A stretch of 42,863 nucleotides of DNA from an uncultured Bacilli bacterium (GTDB lineage Bacteria > Bacillota_I > Bacilli_A > RF39 > UBA660), in assembly GCA_944332675.1 (NCBI GenBank), contig CALVKJ010000003.1, forward strand, positions 1 through 42,863, written 5' to 3'. This document shows positions 26,580 through 36,830 of this stretch, one piece after another. A program made the position numbers and the translations under genes. The notes below the pieces were generated by a model, which was not told where the DNA came from, did not search any database, and worked only from the letters and a program-made list of their open reading frames with translations. How positions within the stretch are numbered: position 1 is the stretch's first letter; the number at the start of each line of letters is the position of its first letter.

Positions 26580-26607
26580 ACTCGAATGAATAGTTCGAGT
26601 TGTTTTT
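26580..26607 (+). terminator. Rho-independent terminator
   Basis: ACTCGAA-loop-TTCGAGT followed by TGTTTTT. Confidence 0.65.
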
Positions 26608-26663
26608 AGCTTGTACTAGATTTTAATATAATTATTTGCTAAAATTAAATAGGGTGGAGTAAA

Positions 26664-27173
26664 ATGAAAACTAATGTTAAACATCGTACTGATTATTTGT
26701 CGTGGGATGAATATTTTATGGGAATAGCCAAACTCTCAGCGCTTCGGAGTAAAGATCCATCAACTCAAGTGGGAGCTTGTATTGTGAGCAGTGATAATCG
26801 AATTTTATCAATTGGTTATAATGGAGCACCGAATGGGTTTCACGATGAAGATTTTCCTTGGGATAGAGAGGGAGAAGCACTAGAAACAAAATATTTATAT
26901 GTGTGTCATGCCGAACTTAATGCAATACTTAATTTTCGAGGACATAAAAGAGATTTTGAAGGAGCTAAAATATATGTAGCATTATTTCCTTGTAATGAAT
27001 GTGCTAAAGCTATTATTCAAGCTGGTATTAAAGAAGTAGTTTATTTAAGTGATAAATATCATAATGATACCAACTTTATAGCATCGAGAAGATTATTTGA
27101 TAGTTGTGGGGTAACATACCGTAAATTAACGGTTGATAAACATAAAAATATTAATATAAGTTTAGATGAATAA
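26664..27173 (+). CDS. comEB: dCMP deaminase (ComEB-type)
   Basis: SWDEYFM, VGACIV, zinc motifs CHAELNAI and [14 protein letters not shown]. Confidence 0.9.
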   Translation: MKTNVKHRTDYLSWDEYFMGIAKLSALRSKDPSTQVGACIVSSDNRILSIGYNGAPNGFHDEDFPWDREGEALETKYLYVCHAELNAILNFRGHKRDFEGAKIYVALFPCNECAKAIIQAGIKEVVYLSDKYHNDTNFIASRRLFDSCGVTYRKLTVDKHKNINISLDE

Positions 27174-27192
27174 ATAAAAAGGAGTATGAAGG

Positions 27193-28308
27193 GTGGCAAA
27201 AGTTAAACGAGATGAAGTTTTAAGTAAAATAACGCCAGATGAAATAGATGACGTTGTTTTGCCATCTTTAAAAAATAAAAAGAGTGCTCCTGAAGAAAAA
27301 GAAATAAAGAATAATGAGGCAACTACAAAGAAACTTGAAGAAGAAGCCAATATAAAAAAGGAGCCGAAAAAAAGTTTAAAAGAAGTTTTAGAAAAAGTTT
27401 ATGCTGAAGAAATAACAGAAGAAATTAAAAAAACACCAAAAAAAGAAAATACTAAACCTGTTTTTGATAGAAAATTTGTAGCTAGAAAAATCTCTAAAGA
27501 TAAAATATTTGTCTTATTATTTTTATTTATCTTTATTGGTATTGGTGTATATTCCGGAGTTCAAATAGTTTTATGGAAAATAGATTCTGATAAAACAATA
27601 GAACAAATTGATATGATTAATGAAACTGTGGTTGTCGAAGAAATAGAAGATACTGATGCTACAGAAATAATTAATCCACCATCGGAAGATGATCCAGTTA
27701 ATCCATATTGGGATTATATTAAAATGAATTTAATCAATGTAGATTTTACTAATCTTTTACAAATAAATGATGATACTAAAGGATGGTTACAAGTAAATGG
27801 TACTAATATAAATTATCCTTTTGTCCAAACTACTGATAATGAATATTATTTAAATAAAGATTTCAATAAAGAGAATAATTCATCGGGGTGGGTATTTTTA
27901 GATTATCGAAATAGTGTTGATAATTTGGACAGAAATACGATACTTTATGCCCATAGTAGAATTAATGGAACAATGTTTGGATCTTTAAAAAATATTTTTA
28001 AATCAGATTGGTTTGATGATGTTAATAATCACGTAATAAAATTATCGACATTGACAGAAAATACGTTATGGCAAGTATTTAGTGTATATACGATACCTAC
28101 TACTAGTGATTATTTGCAAATTGATTTTAGTAGTGATGAAGAATTTTTAGAATTTGTTATGATGCTTAAGGATCGTAGCAGATATAATTTTAATGTAGAG
28201 TTTAATGCAACTGATAAAATACTTACTTTATCAACTTGTTTAAATGATAAAGAAAGAGTAGTGTTACATGCAAAATTGATAAAGAAAGAGGTAAGAGTAA
28301 ATGATTGA
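27193..28308 (+). CDS. srtB: Class B sortase with a ~100 aa Lys/Glu-rich N-terminal extension
   Basis: GWLQVNGTNINYPFVQTTDNEYYL, NTILYAHS (His), LTLSTC (catalytic Cys), RVVLHA (Arg). TM helix IFVLLFLFIFIGIGVY. GTG start 8 nt after GGAG. Confidence 0.8.
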   Translation: MAKVKRDEVLSKITPDEIDDVVLPSLKNKKSAPEEKEIKNNEATTKKLEEEANIKKEPKKSLKEVLEKVYAEEITEEIKKTPKKENTKPVFDRKFVARKISKDKIFVLLFLFIFIGIGVYSGVQIVLWKIDSDKTIEQIDMINETVVVEEIEDTDATEIINPPSEDDPVNPYWDYIKMNLINVDFTNLLQINDDTKGWLQVNGTNINYPFVQTTDNEYYLNKDFNKENNSSGWVFLDYRNSVDNLDRNTILYAHSRINGTMFGSLKNIFKSDWFDDVNNHVIKLSTLTENTLWQVFSVYTIPTTSDYLQIDFSSDEEFLEFVMMLKDRSRYNFNVEFNATDKILTLSTCLNDKERVVLHAKLIKKEVRVND

Positions 28309-29176
28309 AGAATTAAGAGTAAGAAAAGGATTTATTGCAGCCCTTGATCAAAGTGGTGGAAGTAGTAAAAAAACTTTAGCTAATTATGGAGTGGATATTA
28401 AAGATATTACCAGTGATGAAGTAATGTTTGACTATATCCATCAAATGCGTTCTAGAATTATTACTAATCCCGAGTTTAGCGACAAACACATTTTGGGTGT
28501 CATACTTTTTAAAAATACGATGGAACGGGATATAGCGGGTGTTAATACAGTAGAATATTTAAAAAGCAAAAATATTCCGGCATTTTTAAAAATAGATTTA
28601 GGGTTAGATGTAGAAGCAGATGGAGTTCAGTTACTTAAAGATATACCTAATTTAGAAAGTATCCTTGATGAAGGAATAAAATATGGAGTAGTGGGAACTA
28701 AAATGCGTTCAGTTATCCATGAATATAATGAATATGGTATAAAAAAGATAATTGAACAACAATTTAGTTTAGCAAAAAAAATAATTGCTAAAGGTTTAAT
28801 TCCAATAATTGAACCGGAGGTAGATATTAATGCAGTAAATAAAAGGCAAATAGAATCTTTTATGAAAACAGAAATTATTAAACAATTAGCTAAAATGAAA
28901 AAAGATGATTATTTAATATTTAAGTTTACTATTCCGGATTTACCTAATTTTTATGATTCATTATTACACTATAAAAATGTAATTAGAATAGTTGCTTTAT
29001 CTGGAGGATATGATAGAGATAAAGCTTGTGAATTATTAAGTCAAAATAAAAGAATGACAGCTAGTTTTTCAAGAGCATTACTAGAAGGGCTTAATGTTAA
29101 TCAAAGTGATGAAGAATTTACAAGTACTTTAAAGTCTTCGATTGAAGAAATATATAAGGCATCAGTAAAAAAATAA
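28301..29176 (+). CDS. fda: Fructose-bisphosphate aldolase, class I
   Basis: KGFIAALDQSGGSSKKTL at the N-terminus is typical of Gram-positive class I FBA. 291 aa. Confidence 0.85.
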   Translation: MIEELRVRKGFIAALDQSGGSSKKTLANYGVDIKDITSDEVMFDYIHQMRSRIITNPEFSDKHILGVILFKNTMERDIAGVNTVEYLKSKNIPAFLKIDLGLDVEADGVQLLKDIPNLESILDEGIKYGVVGTKMRSVIHEYNEYGIKKIIEQQFSLAKKIIAKGLIPIIEPEVDINAVNKRQIESFMKTEIIKQLAKMKKDDYLIFKFTIPDLPNFYDSLLHYKNVIRIVALSGGYDRDKACELLSQNKRMTASFSRALLEGLNVNQSDEEFTSTLKSSIEEIYKASVKK

Positions 29177-29610
29177 ATAGCATTTGGAGGAATAAATTAT
29201 GGTGAGGATACAAGTGAAAGTTCTATAAATGTGATATATAATTATGAAGTAAAAAATCCAAATGTTGATATAGAAAGGGAATATAATGCTAAGATAGGTT
29301 TAGCTTATGTTAGCGATTATGGATATGCAATGAGTCCAAGTGAATGGTCTAAAAATGTTGAGGAACTCAATCGAACCATTACCAGTTATAACAATTGGAT
29401 GTTTATGGGGCTTAGTGAATGGACCGTTACTCGTCTTTCTGAAAATTATGATGAGTATTTAGACTTTGTTTATTTCCTTAGTGGTGATAGATTTTCCATT
29501 AATTACCCAGATACTGAGTTTACTACTTGCGACCGGTATTTTATTTAAATTCCAATGTTAATTTGATTGGAGGAACTGGAACTATTGTAGATCCTTATCG
29601 CATTAATTAA
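29177..29610 (+). pseudogene. 5'-truncated and frameshifted remnant of a paralog of the 16309..17865 gene (C-terminal lectin-like domain only)
   Basis: The frame is open directly from the fda stop with no SD. NAKIGLAYVSDYGYAMSP and NNWMFMGLSEWTVTR align with the intact gene. Frame 1 ends at 29548. A second frame (29518..29610) encodes VYYLRPVFYLNSNVNLIGGTGTIVDPYRIN, matching VYAVRPVFYLESSVQLEGGIGTSSDPYRLAV. Confidence 0.75.
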
Positions 29611-29624
29611 TGTAATAAATCAAG

Positions 29625-29660
29625 CTACTTTACAGTAAAATGTAAAGTAGTTATTTTTTT
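29625..29660 (+). terminator. Rho-independent terminator
   Basis: CTACTTTACA-gtaaaa-TGTAAAGTAG followed by TTATTTTTTT. Confidence 0.8.
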
Positions 29661-29727
29661 ATTTGTTTTTCAAGTAATTTTCTTAAATTGGTGTTATGAT
29701 AGTAGACATTTGAAAGGGGAGATTACA

Positions 29728-30606
29728 ATGAATGAAATGGATAAAATATTAAATACACTCAAGGATGTGATTGGTATTCAAAGTGAGTATGTAATCCTTA
29801 TAATAATTAGTATTGTTGCTATTGTAGTTATTAAATTTATTAATAAAATTATCAATCGTTTTTATAAGGCCGGTAGTCATACGGGAAGAGATGTTTTTAA
29901 ATTCAGTCAAAGGTGTAATTTAATTACTAATATCGTTCTTATTTTTGTAATATTTGTTATTTGGGAAGGGCATTTAGATAATGTAGTTACAATTATTAGT
30001 TTTATATCTGCGGGAGCTACAATTGCCTTACGGGAAGTAATTCTTAACTTATTTGCGGGTATTTATATAAAGGTTACTAAGCCATTTGTGGTGGAAGACC
30101 GTATTGAAGTTGGAGATATTAAAGGAGATGTTGTTTTAATTACTGCAATGAGCTTTAAGGTATTAGAACTTGGAGATAGAGTAAATGGTGAACAAAGTAA
30201 TGGGATAATTGTCAACATTCCAAATTCCCAAATATTTTCTAATTCTTTAAAGAATTATACAACAGCATTTAAATATATTTGGACTGAGATGAAAGTAAAT
30301 GTCGATATGGATGCAGATATAAATGCTCATAAGAAAAAGTTATATGAGATAGTTAATAATAATACAGTGATTAAAAGTATTCCTAAAAAAATGGATAAAG
30401 CAATTGATGCCGCGAGTAGTAATTATCGAATATATTATAATAATTTAAAACCTATTATCTATACTGAATATGTCGATAATCATATTGAATTTACTGTGCG
30501 ATTTTTAGTACATCCTAAAAAAGAGAGAAATGTTTTAGATGATCTTTGGATTTCTATAATAAATAGTGCTCAAAAGGGAGAAATTAAACTTTACAAAAAA
30601 GCATAA
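29728..30606 (+). CDS. Mechanosensitive ion channel family protein (MscS-like)
   Basis: Three TM helices, then the beta-domain motif RIEVGDIKGDVVLITAMSFKVLE..IVNIPNSQIFSN. GGGGAG lies 6 nt before ATG 29728. Confidence 0.8.
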   Translation: MNEMDKILNTLKDVIGIQSEYVILIIISIVAIVVIKFINKIINRFYKAGSHTGRDVFKFSQRCNLITNIVLIFVIFVIWEGHLDNVVTIISFISAGATIALREVILNLFAGIYIKVTKPFVVEDRIEVGDIKGDVVLITAMSFKVLELGDRVNGEQSNGIIVNIPNSQIFSNSLKNYTTAFKYIWTEMKVNVDMDADINAHKKKLYEIVNNNTVIKSIPKKMDKAIDAASSNYRIYYNNLKPIIYTEYVDNHIEFTVRFLVHPKKERNVLDDLWISIINSAQKGEIKLYKKA

Positions 30607-30666
30607 AGATTTATAAAATTAATGTTATTTATCTTCATTAAATGATATAATTTAGATGGGGATAAT

Positions 30667-31737
30667 ATGGATAAAATAATTAAAAATGTTTTAAATGAAT
30701 TAGATAGGCATGGATTTGAATCCTTTCTAGTCGGAGGTTATGTAAGAGATACACTTCTTGGTATCAAAACTTTTGATGTTGATATTTGTACTTCCGCACT
30801 ACCGAAGGATATCCATGCCATTTTTAGTATTTGTTCAAATAATTATGGGGGAGCTAATCTAAAGATAGATAATTTAAATATTGATATTACAACGTTTAGA
30901 GAAGATGGGACATATACTAATAGACATCCTGAAGAAGTAAAATATATAACTGATTTAAAAACAGATTTAAAACGTAGAGATTTTACGATAAATGCTATTT
31001 GTATGGATAAAAATGATAAGGTTATCGATTTACTTGATGGGGTAGATGATTTAAATAATCGGGTTATTAAAATGATTGGTAATCCTGATGATAGATTAAA
31101 AGAAGATCCGCTGCGAATACTTCGAGCAATTAGGTTTGCAACGGTACTAGATTTTGCAATCGATGAAAAATTAATGCTTTCTTTAACAGAAAATGCTTTT
31201 TTAATTAGTACACTATCGGGGGTAAGAATTAAAGAAGAATTAGATAAAATATTAAGTAGTCCTAATTTTAAAAAAGGATTAAAATTACTAGATGATTTAG
31301 GTATAAGTAAGCTTATTGGCTTAAGTTATGGGGATGTTTTTTATACTAATGATTTGATGGGTATGTATGCGCAAGTGAAAGTTGCAAAAATCCCATTTAC
31401 AAATAATGAAAAAAGCAATATAATTAGAATTACCGAGGTAGTTAAAAAGAGTGTAGTAAATTACGAAACTTTGTTTAGCTATGGATTATATATAAATACT
31501 GTTGCGGGCAGGATTTTAAACATTGATATAAAAAAGATAAATCAGATGTATAAGAAAATGCCTATTAAAGATCGCAGTGATATTGCCATTAGTGGTGATG
31601 AAATAATCGATATTTTAAAAATTAAGCCCGGTAAAATAGTTAGTGAAATTTATAGTGAGTTAATAACAGAGATCCTTTCAGGAAGGCTTAAGAATAAAAA
31701 AGGGGATATTAAAAAGTATTTACTAAAAAGGAAGTGA
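30667..31737 (+). CDS. cca: CCA-adding tRNA nucleotidyltransferase
   Basis: FLVGGYVRDTLLG..DVDI, RRDFTINAI, DPLRILRAIRFA. Confidence 0.85.
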   Translation: MDKIIKNVLNELDRHGFESFLVGGYVRDTLLGIKTFDVDICTSALPKDIHAIFSICSNNYGGANLKIDNLNIDITTFREDGTYTNRHPEEVKYITDLKTDLKRRDFTINAICMDKNDKVIDLLDGVDDLNNRVIKMIGNPDDRLKEDPLRILRAIRFATVLDFAIDEKLMLSLTENAFLISTLSGVRIKEELDKILSSPNFKKGLKLLDDLGISKLIGLSYGDVFYTNDLMGMYAQVKVAKIPFTNNEKSNIIRITEVVKKSVVNYETLFSYGLYINTVAGRILNIDIKKINQMYKKMPIKDRSDIAISGDEIIDILKIKPGKIVSEIYSELITEILSGRLKNKKGDIKKYLLKRK

Positions 31738-31742
31738 GTAAA

Positions 31743-32369
31743 ATGTTTAAAGATAATAAAAAATTAGTAGCAGAAACTTTATTTATTAAAGAGGCTTTAA
31801 AAGAAAATTTATCTTTAAACGAATTTTTATTATTACTTTATTTTGATAATTCCTTTGATCTAGTGTTTGATATGAAGGTTATTGCAAAAACTTTAAATAT
31901 GAGTGAAGAACAAGTACTGGAAGCTTATAGTAGTTTAATGAAGAAAAAACTTATTAAGGTAAAAGCTGAAAAGAATAGTTTTGGTAAAATAATTGAAAAA
32001 GTATGTTTAGATAACTTTTATAATGAAATTAGAAGTGATGCTAAGAAATGTGAAGAAAAAAGTAGCAAGGAGGATATATTTAGTATATTTGAAAGTAGTT
32101 TTGGTAGAACTTTATCAACAATGGATTATGAAATTATCAATGCTTGGATAGATAGAGGATTTAGTGAAGAATTAGTTCTTGCAGCTTTAAAAGAAGCGGT
32201 ATATAATGGAGCTACTAATTTAAGATATATTGATAAAGTTTTATATGAATGGAATAGAAAAGGTTATAAAACAGTTAATGATGTTAATAATCGATTTAAA
32301 GAAGAAAAAGATAATGATAAATTATTTGAAACAAGTGTACTAAATTTTGATTGGTTAAATGAAAAGTGA
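31743..32369 (+). CDS. dnaD: Replication initiation and membrane attachment protein DnaD
   Basis: DnaD C-terminal domain (YEIINAWIDRGFSEELVLAALKEAVYNGATNLRYIDKVLYEWNRKG), with Bacillus-like synteny to nth. Confidence 0.8.
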   Translation: MFKDNKKLVAETLFIKEALKENLSLNEFLLLLYFDNSFDLVFDMKVIAKTLNMSEEQVLEAYSSLMKKKLIKVKAEKNSFGKIIEKVCLDNFYNEIRSDAKKCEEKSSKEDIFSIFESSFGRTLSTMDYEIINAWIDRGFSEELVLAALKEAVYNGATNLRYIDKVLYEWNRKGYKTVNDVNNRFKEEKDNDKLFETSVLNFDWLNEK

Positions 32370-32967
32370 GGAAGTATTAAAATATTTAGATGATTTATTT
32401 CCAGATGCTAGGTGTGAACTTAATTATAATAAAGATTATGAATTATTAATTGCTACGATATTATCTGCGCAATCAACAGATAAAAGAATAAACTTAGTAA
32501 CTAAAGTATTATTTGATAAGTATGATATATATAGTTTAGCTGAGGCTCCAATAGAAGATATAGAAAGAATTATATATCCAGTTGGAACACATAAAAGAAA
32601 AGCAGAGTATATTAAAAATGTGGCACAAGAATTAGTAAAGAATTATGATGGGTGTGTTCCTAATAATCGGGAATTTTTAGAAAGTTTACCTGGAGTTGGG
32701 CGAAAGACTTGTAATGTTGTTTTATCTAATTTATATAATGAAGCAGCAATTGCAGTTGATACCCATGTGAAAAGAGTTGCTAATAGATTAGGTCTTACTA
32801 AAAGTGATGATGTGTTAGTAATTGAACAAGATTTAATGAAGTTTTTTCCTAAGGATAAATGGAGTAGAGTGCATCATCAATTAGTATTGTTTGGTAGATA
32901 TATATGTAAGAGTGCTAAACCAGAATGTGCTAAATGTCCATTTGTTAAGTGTGAATTTCGCAGATAA
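32359..32967 (+). CDS. nth: Endonuclease III
   Basis: LIATILSAQSTD, HhH-GPD LPGVGRKTCNVVL, VDTHVKRV, 4Fe-4S cluster CKSAKPECAKCPFVKC. Confidence 0.92.
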   Translation: MKSEEVLKYLDDLFPDARCELNYNKDYELLIATILSAQSTDKRINLVTKVLFDKYDIYSLAEAPIEDIERIIYPVGTHKRKAEYIKNVAQELVKNYDGCVPNNREFLESLPGVGRKTCNVVLSNLYNEAAIAVDTHVKRVANRLGLTKSDDVLVIEQDLMKFFPKDKWSRVHHQLVLFGRYICKSAKPECAKCPFVKCEFRR

Positions 32968-33003
32968 AAACCTATAAGATTTTATTTCTTATAGGTTTTT
33001 TTT
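32967..33003. terminator. Bidirectional terminator between convergent nth and ponA
   Basis: AAAACCTATAAG-loop-CTTATAGGTTTT, flanked by A-runs and T-runs. Confidence 0.8.
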
Positions 33004-35596
33004 ATTCTAATCCAGTATCAGGACGATTGTTATTGCCGGTATTTCCACCGGTTCCTGAATTTGGAGAATCATCTGTAGGATCATCTGGATCGACGATATC
33101 ACCGACGTTAGAATCCATTCCGAGGTTAACTGTTATTTTTAATCCATCACTCATATTACTAGTAAATATTGAGTAAGATGATCTAATGATATAGGTTACA
33201 GTGCCAGTATCAGTAGGGCTAAAGTTATAATTTGTTCCTTCTGTTCTACCAATATATGTTAAATCGCCATTAGTTTCTTGTTTGTATATTTGATAACCTA
33301 ATGTACCAATGTTAGAGTTATTATAACTTAATCGTTGTTCATAATACTTACTAGCATAATTTCCATAGTATGTATTGAAATAATTTTGTAAATAACTTGT
33401 ACTGATTGCATCTGGTGTTTCTATTGCATCCCACGTTAAGTTAAGAGTAGTGCCATCATAAGTGTAATCTCCATTAGTTGGATCATCTAGTTTGGCAAAA
33501 CGAGTTGATACTTCGGTTGGTTCCGTTCCTTCTTTAAAAAGTTCCGTAGTTCGCAAACTTTCTGGAGTATATTCACTAGCAAGTTGAGTAGGGAATGTTT
33601 CTCTTTCAATTTCTACTTCGACAACTCCACTAGGTACAGTAAATGTTTGGTTTTTCGAATATACTCGTGATCCAACAGCTTTCATTATAGCATTACGGGC
33701 TCGACTTCCGACATTAACTGTCAGATAATGTTCAGCGGTAGTACGGTCATATCCTACCCACAAAGCAATGCTATATTCTGGTGAGTAGGTTACATTCCAA
33801 GCATCTCTGGTTGCTGATGTTGGAATACCTATTGAGGCTGCCGCTTCACGGTCAACATTAGTTGTACCAGATTTTGCTGCAATAGTTGTGCCACTTACAG
33901 ATACACCACCAACACCATCTTCGGCAGCAGATACTAAGATATCAGTTATAAGGTAGGCAGTTTCTTCACTCATAACACGTTCTTTTTCGTATTTATGTTC
34001 ATAAACTTCTCCAGTTTCTAAAATTGTTGCTTTAGTAAATGAATATGGTTCGATGTAATAGCCACCGCGACCAAATGTTGCATATGCGGCACTCATTTCA
34101 ATTGGGCTGATACCTTCAAATCCTCCGATTGATGCTGATTCATATAAGTTATCTCCATAGTCAATACCTAAACTATGAACAAAATCACTAATGTAATCTG
34201 GATCTTCAGCATAAACAGCTTGGAAAGCTTGAAGGGCTGGGATATTTCTTGATTCAATTAAGGCAGTTCGCATAGTTATAAGCCCCATATAGGTTCCATC
34301 AGAGTTTTTTATAGAAGTGCCATCACTATAAGTTGTTTCTTCATCTAGGAATAAAGTTGCAGGGGATCCATTTAAATATTCAATATAAGGGCCGTAATCA
34401 AATAGTGGTTTAGCAGTTGATCCTGGTTGTCTACGTATGTCTGCTCGATTATCCCCCATTGCAGCATAGTTTCTTCCACCAGATAAGGCTACGATTGAAC
34501 CATCGTTGGTACTAGTAATAGCCATACCTTCTTGAATTGCATCATTAGGAAATTCATAGATTTCGCCTTTTTCAAGTTGATTTAAAACTTCTTGAACTTC
34601 TGGATCAATAGTAGTAATAATGCTCATTGCGTTATATCTTGGATTAAGCCCAGTTTTTTCGGTAACTTCATTTACAATATAATCGATTGCGGCTTGATTT
34701 GAACTGTTACTGGTATCTCTAGCGGTTACTAAAGATTCAATAGGAATATCTAATACTGCTTCTTTTTCACTTTCTGTAATATAGCCATGGTTAACCATTA
34801 AAGTTAAAACTGTAGTTTGTCTTTTACGAACACCTTCTGGGTTAGTATATGGATTGTAAATTGCTGCATTTTGGAACATACCAGCGATTATGGAAGCTTC
34901 TGCTAAAGTTAAGTCAGAAACCGATTTGCCAAAATAATATTGACAAGCTTGTTCAACACCAAAGATACCAGCAGTATTAACACTAGTTGAACCAGCAAAC
35001 CACATAGTATTAACATAAAATTCCATGATTTCTTCTTTAGTATAGTTACTTTCGACTTTAAATACAGCCATGTAGATATCGGTAAATTTTCTGATGATAC
35101 CTTCAATACCTGAATCTTTTGAGTTAGTATAAACTTGTTTTACTAATTGCATGGTAATCGTTGAAGCACCACCAGCGCTACTATTACCTAAAAGTTGACC
35201 AAAGGCAGCTTTGGCAAATCTGGCAACGTCCATTCCTTTGTGTTGGAAAAACCTAGAGTCTTCGGTAGCGACGATGGCATCAACTAAAACTTGAGGTAAT
35301 TGCTCGTAGGATACTGTATCACGGTCTTCTGCTCCAAGACGAGCTAATTCTGTAACCCCATCTTTATAATATAGAACTGTCGATTCTTTGGAATATAATT
35401 TATCTTGATCAAAGTCCGGTGATGAAATTATAATGTATAAAGCAAAGACTAATATAATAGATATAACTGCAATCCCACAAATTAGAATTCCTGATAAGAC
35501 AATTGTTTTTACTTTAGTCTTTTTATTGGGGTCTTTCGTTTTTGGTTCCTTATTTTTCTTTTTAATTTTTATTTTTCCTAATTTTATTTTTTTCAT
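33002..35596 (-). CDS. ponA: Bifunctional class A penicillin-binding protein (PBP1A/1B type: glycosyltransferase plus transpeptidase)
   Basis: GT51 motifs EDSRFFQHKGMD and GASTITMQL. Transpeptidase GSTAKP (SxxK), SRN, KSGTT. 864 aa, overlaps recU as in Bacillus. Confidence 0.92.
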   Translation of the reverse strand: MKKIKLGKIKIKKKNKEPKTKDPNKKTKVKTIVLSGILICGIAVISIILVFALYIIISSPDFDQDKLYSKESTVLYYKDGVTELARLGAEDRDTVSYEQLPQVLVDAIVATEDSRFFQHKGMDVARFAKAAFGQLLGNSSAGGASTITMQLVKQVYTNSKDSGIEGIIRKFTDIYMAVFKVESNYTKEEIMEFYVNTMWFAGSTSVNTAGIFGVEQACQYYFGKSVSDLTLAEASIIAGMFQNAAIYNPYTNPEGVRKRQTTVLTLMVNHGYITESEKEAVLDIPIESLVTARDTSNSSNQAAIDYIVNEVTEKTGLNPRYNAMSIITTIDPEVQEVLNQLEKGEIYEFPNDAIQEGMAITSTNDGSIVALSGGRNYAAMGDNRADIRRQPGSTAKPLFDYGPYIEYLNGSPATLFLDEETTYSDGTSIKNSDGTYMGLITMRTALIESRNIPALQAFQAVYAEDPDYISDFVHSLGIDYGDNLYESASIGGFEGISPIEMSAAYATFGRGGYYIEPYSFTKATILETGEVYEHKYEKERVMSEETAYLITDILVSAAEDGVGGVSVSGTTIAAKSGTTNVDREAAASIGIPTSATRDAWNVTYSPEYSIALWVGYDRTTAEHYLTVNVGSRARNAIMKAVGSRVYSKNQTFTVPSGVVEVEIERETFPTQLASEYTPESLRTTELFKEGTEPTEVSTRFAKLDDPTNGDYTYDGTTLNLTWDAIETPDAISTSYLQNYFNTYYGNYASKYYEQRLSYNNSNIGTLGYQIYKQETNGDLTYIGRTEGTNYNFSPTDTGTVTYIIRSSYSIFTSNMSDGLKITVNLGMDSNVGDIVDPDDPTDDSPNSGTGGNTGNNNRPDTGLE

Positions 35597-36159
35597 TTTA
35601 TCCCTCCGATAATTTTATTTAGAGTACTTAAATAATCTAAGCCTTTTAAACCTAACTTTATTTCATATGCATTGTTTAATAAATATTCATAAGGAATACT
35701 TTTTCTTTTTTCCTTATCTAAAAATTCAAGAAAAGTATTACCCATTAAGAGAAAATATTTATTATTCATAGCTATTACTAAAAAAACTATTCCTCCATGT
35801 TTATTAATATTTCTAATGTGTTTGATTTGATGATCGTGGACATTACTTATAGGAAATGATGTTTTGTTTTGGGTAACTTTAGCATCAAATTCTACATAGT
35901 ATCCATTATATAAGCCATTAAAATCGAGTGTTGATGGAGTTTTATAAAAACCATCTTCTATTCTTTTGCCTTTTGCACCATATGCCACTTTGGTAACTCC
36001 AATAGGAGTAGGCTTTTTATATATATATGCTATATCATTAAGAGTATAATAGTCATTCGCTTGTTCAATTAAATATTCTAAGTCCATCCCCCGATTACTA
36101 TAATTAGTAATTTTGGAGTAGGTCTTTTTAATGTTATTTGGGTATAACAAAATAATCAC
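35593..36159 (-). CDS. recU: Holliday junction resolvase RecU
   Basis: NRGMDLEYLIEQAN, DFNGLYNGYYVEFDAK, and the recU-ponA arrangement. Confidence 0.88.
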   Translation of the reverse strand: MIILLYPNNIKKTYSKITNYSNRGMDLEYLIEQANDYYTLNDIAYIYKKPTPIGVTKVAYGAKGKRIEDGFYKTPSTLDFNGLYNGYYVEFDAKVTQNKTSFPISNVHDHQIKHIRNINKHGGIVFLVIAMNNKYFLLMGNTFLEFLDKEKRKSIPYEYLLNNAYEIKLGLKGLDYLSTLNKIIGGIK

Positions 36160-36449
36160 CTTTATAATTATATCATATTTACGCTTTACTGGGTAGAAGA
36201 CTTCATTACTTGACAGTTAAATAATGACAAATGACCATTTAGGTATTGACTTTTAAACAATTATTGTCTTTTCTTGTCGAAATTAATGCAATTAAGAATA
36301 CTTTTTAGTAAAATTAGATTGGTGATATAATGCGACCTGAATATTTTATAAATGAAATGTTGAGAAAAATTGATTTTGCCATAATAAATACTTATTTGGT
36401 AAAAAATAAGAAAAGGAAAAAATAACTATTTTGGGATAATCGACATATA

Positions 36450-36479
36450 TTGACAAAATACTTAAGTATAGTATATAAT
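36450..36479 (+). promoter_or_regulatory. Near-consensus sigma-A promoter of gpsB (and probably rnpB)
   Basis: TTGACA, 18 nt spacer, TATAAT. A second extended -10 (TGaTATAAT) lies at 36323-36331. Confidence 0.6.
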
Positions 36480-36494
36480 TTTTAGTGTTAGAAG

Positions 36495-36830
36495 GTGAAT
36501 GTTTTGTATAGTGATAGATTATATTTGACTCCCCAAGAAATTTTAGAGAAAGAATTTAAAATTGATGCGAGAGGATATCGCCCTCAAGAGGTTGATAAGT
36601 TTTTAGATATGGTCATTAGAGATTATACGGAATATTCTAATATTATAAAGCATTTAGAAAAAAATATTAAAGATTTGACTGATGATAATATTAAGTTGAA
36701 ACAAGAAATTAGACGTTTGCAAGAAGTAGCTGCTAGTAATAGTGAAGTACCTTCTAGAAGTGCAAGCAATGTCGACCTTCTAAAGCGAATTAGTCAGTTA
36801 GAAAAAGTAGTATACGGAAATAATGAATAA
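36495..36830 (+). CDS. gpsB: Cell-cycle protein GpsB (DivIVA domain)
   Basis: LTPQEILEKEFKIDARGYRPQEVDKFLDMVIRDY, then a coiled coil. The exact start is uncertain (GTG 36495 or TTG 36504). Confidence 0.85.
   Translation: MNVLYSDRLYLTPQEILEKEFKIDARGYRPQEVDKFLDMVIRDYTEYSNIIKHLEKNIKDLTDDNIKLKQEIRRLQEVAASNSEVPSRSASNVDLLKRISQLEKVVYGNNE

Noticed and set aside
24784-26607. I considered an integrated mobile element or prophage remnant at tRNA-Leu.
   Set aside because: There is no integrase, recombinase or phage-like gene. There is no duplicated copy of the tRNA 3' end to mark an att site, and no compositional shift that I can see.
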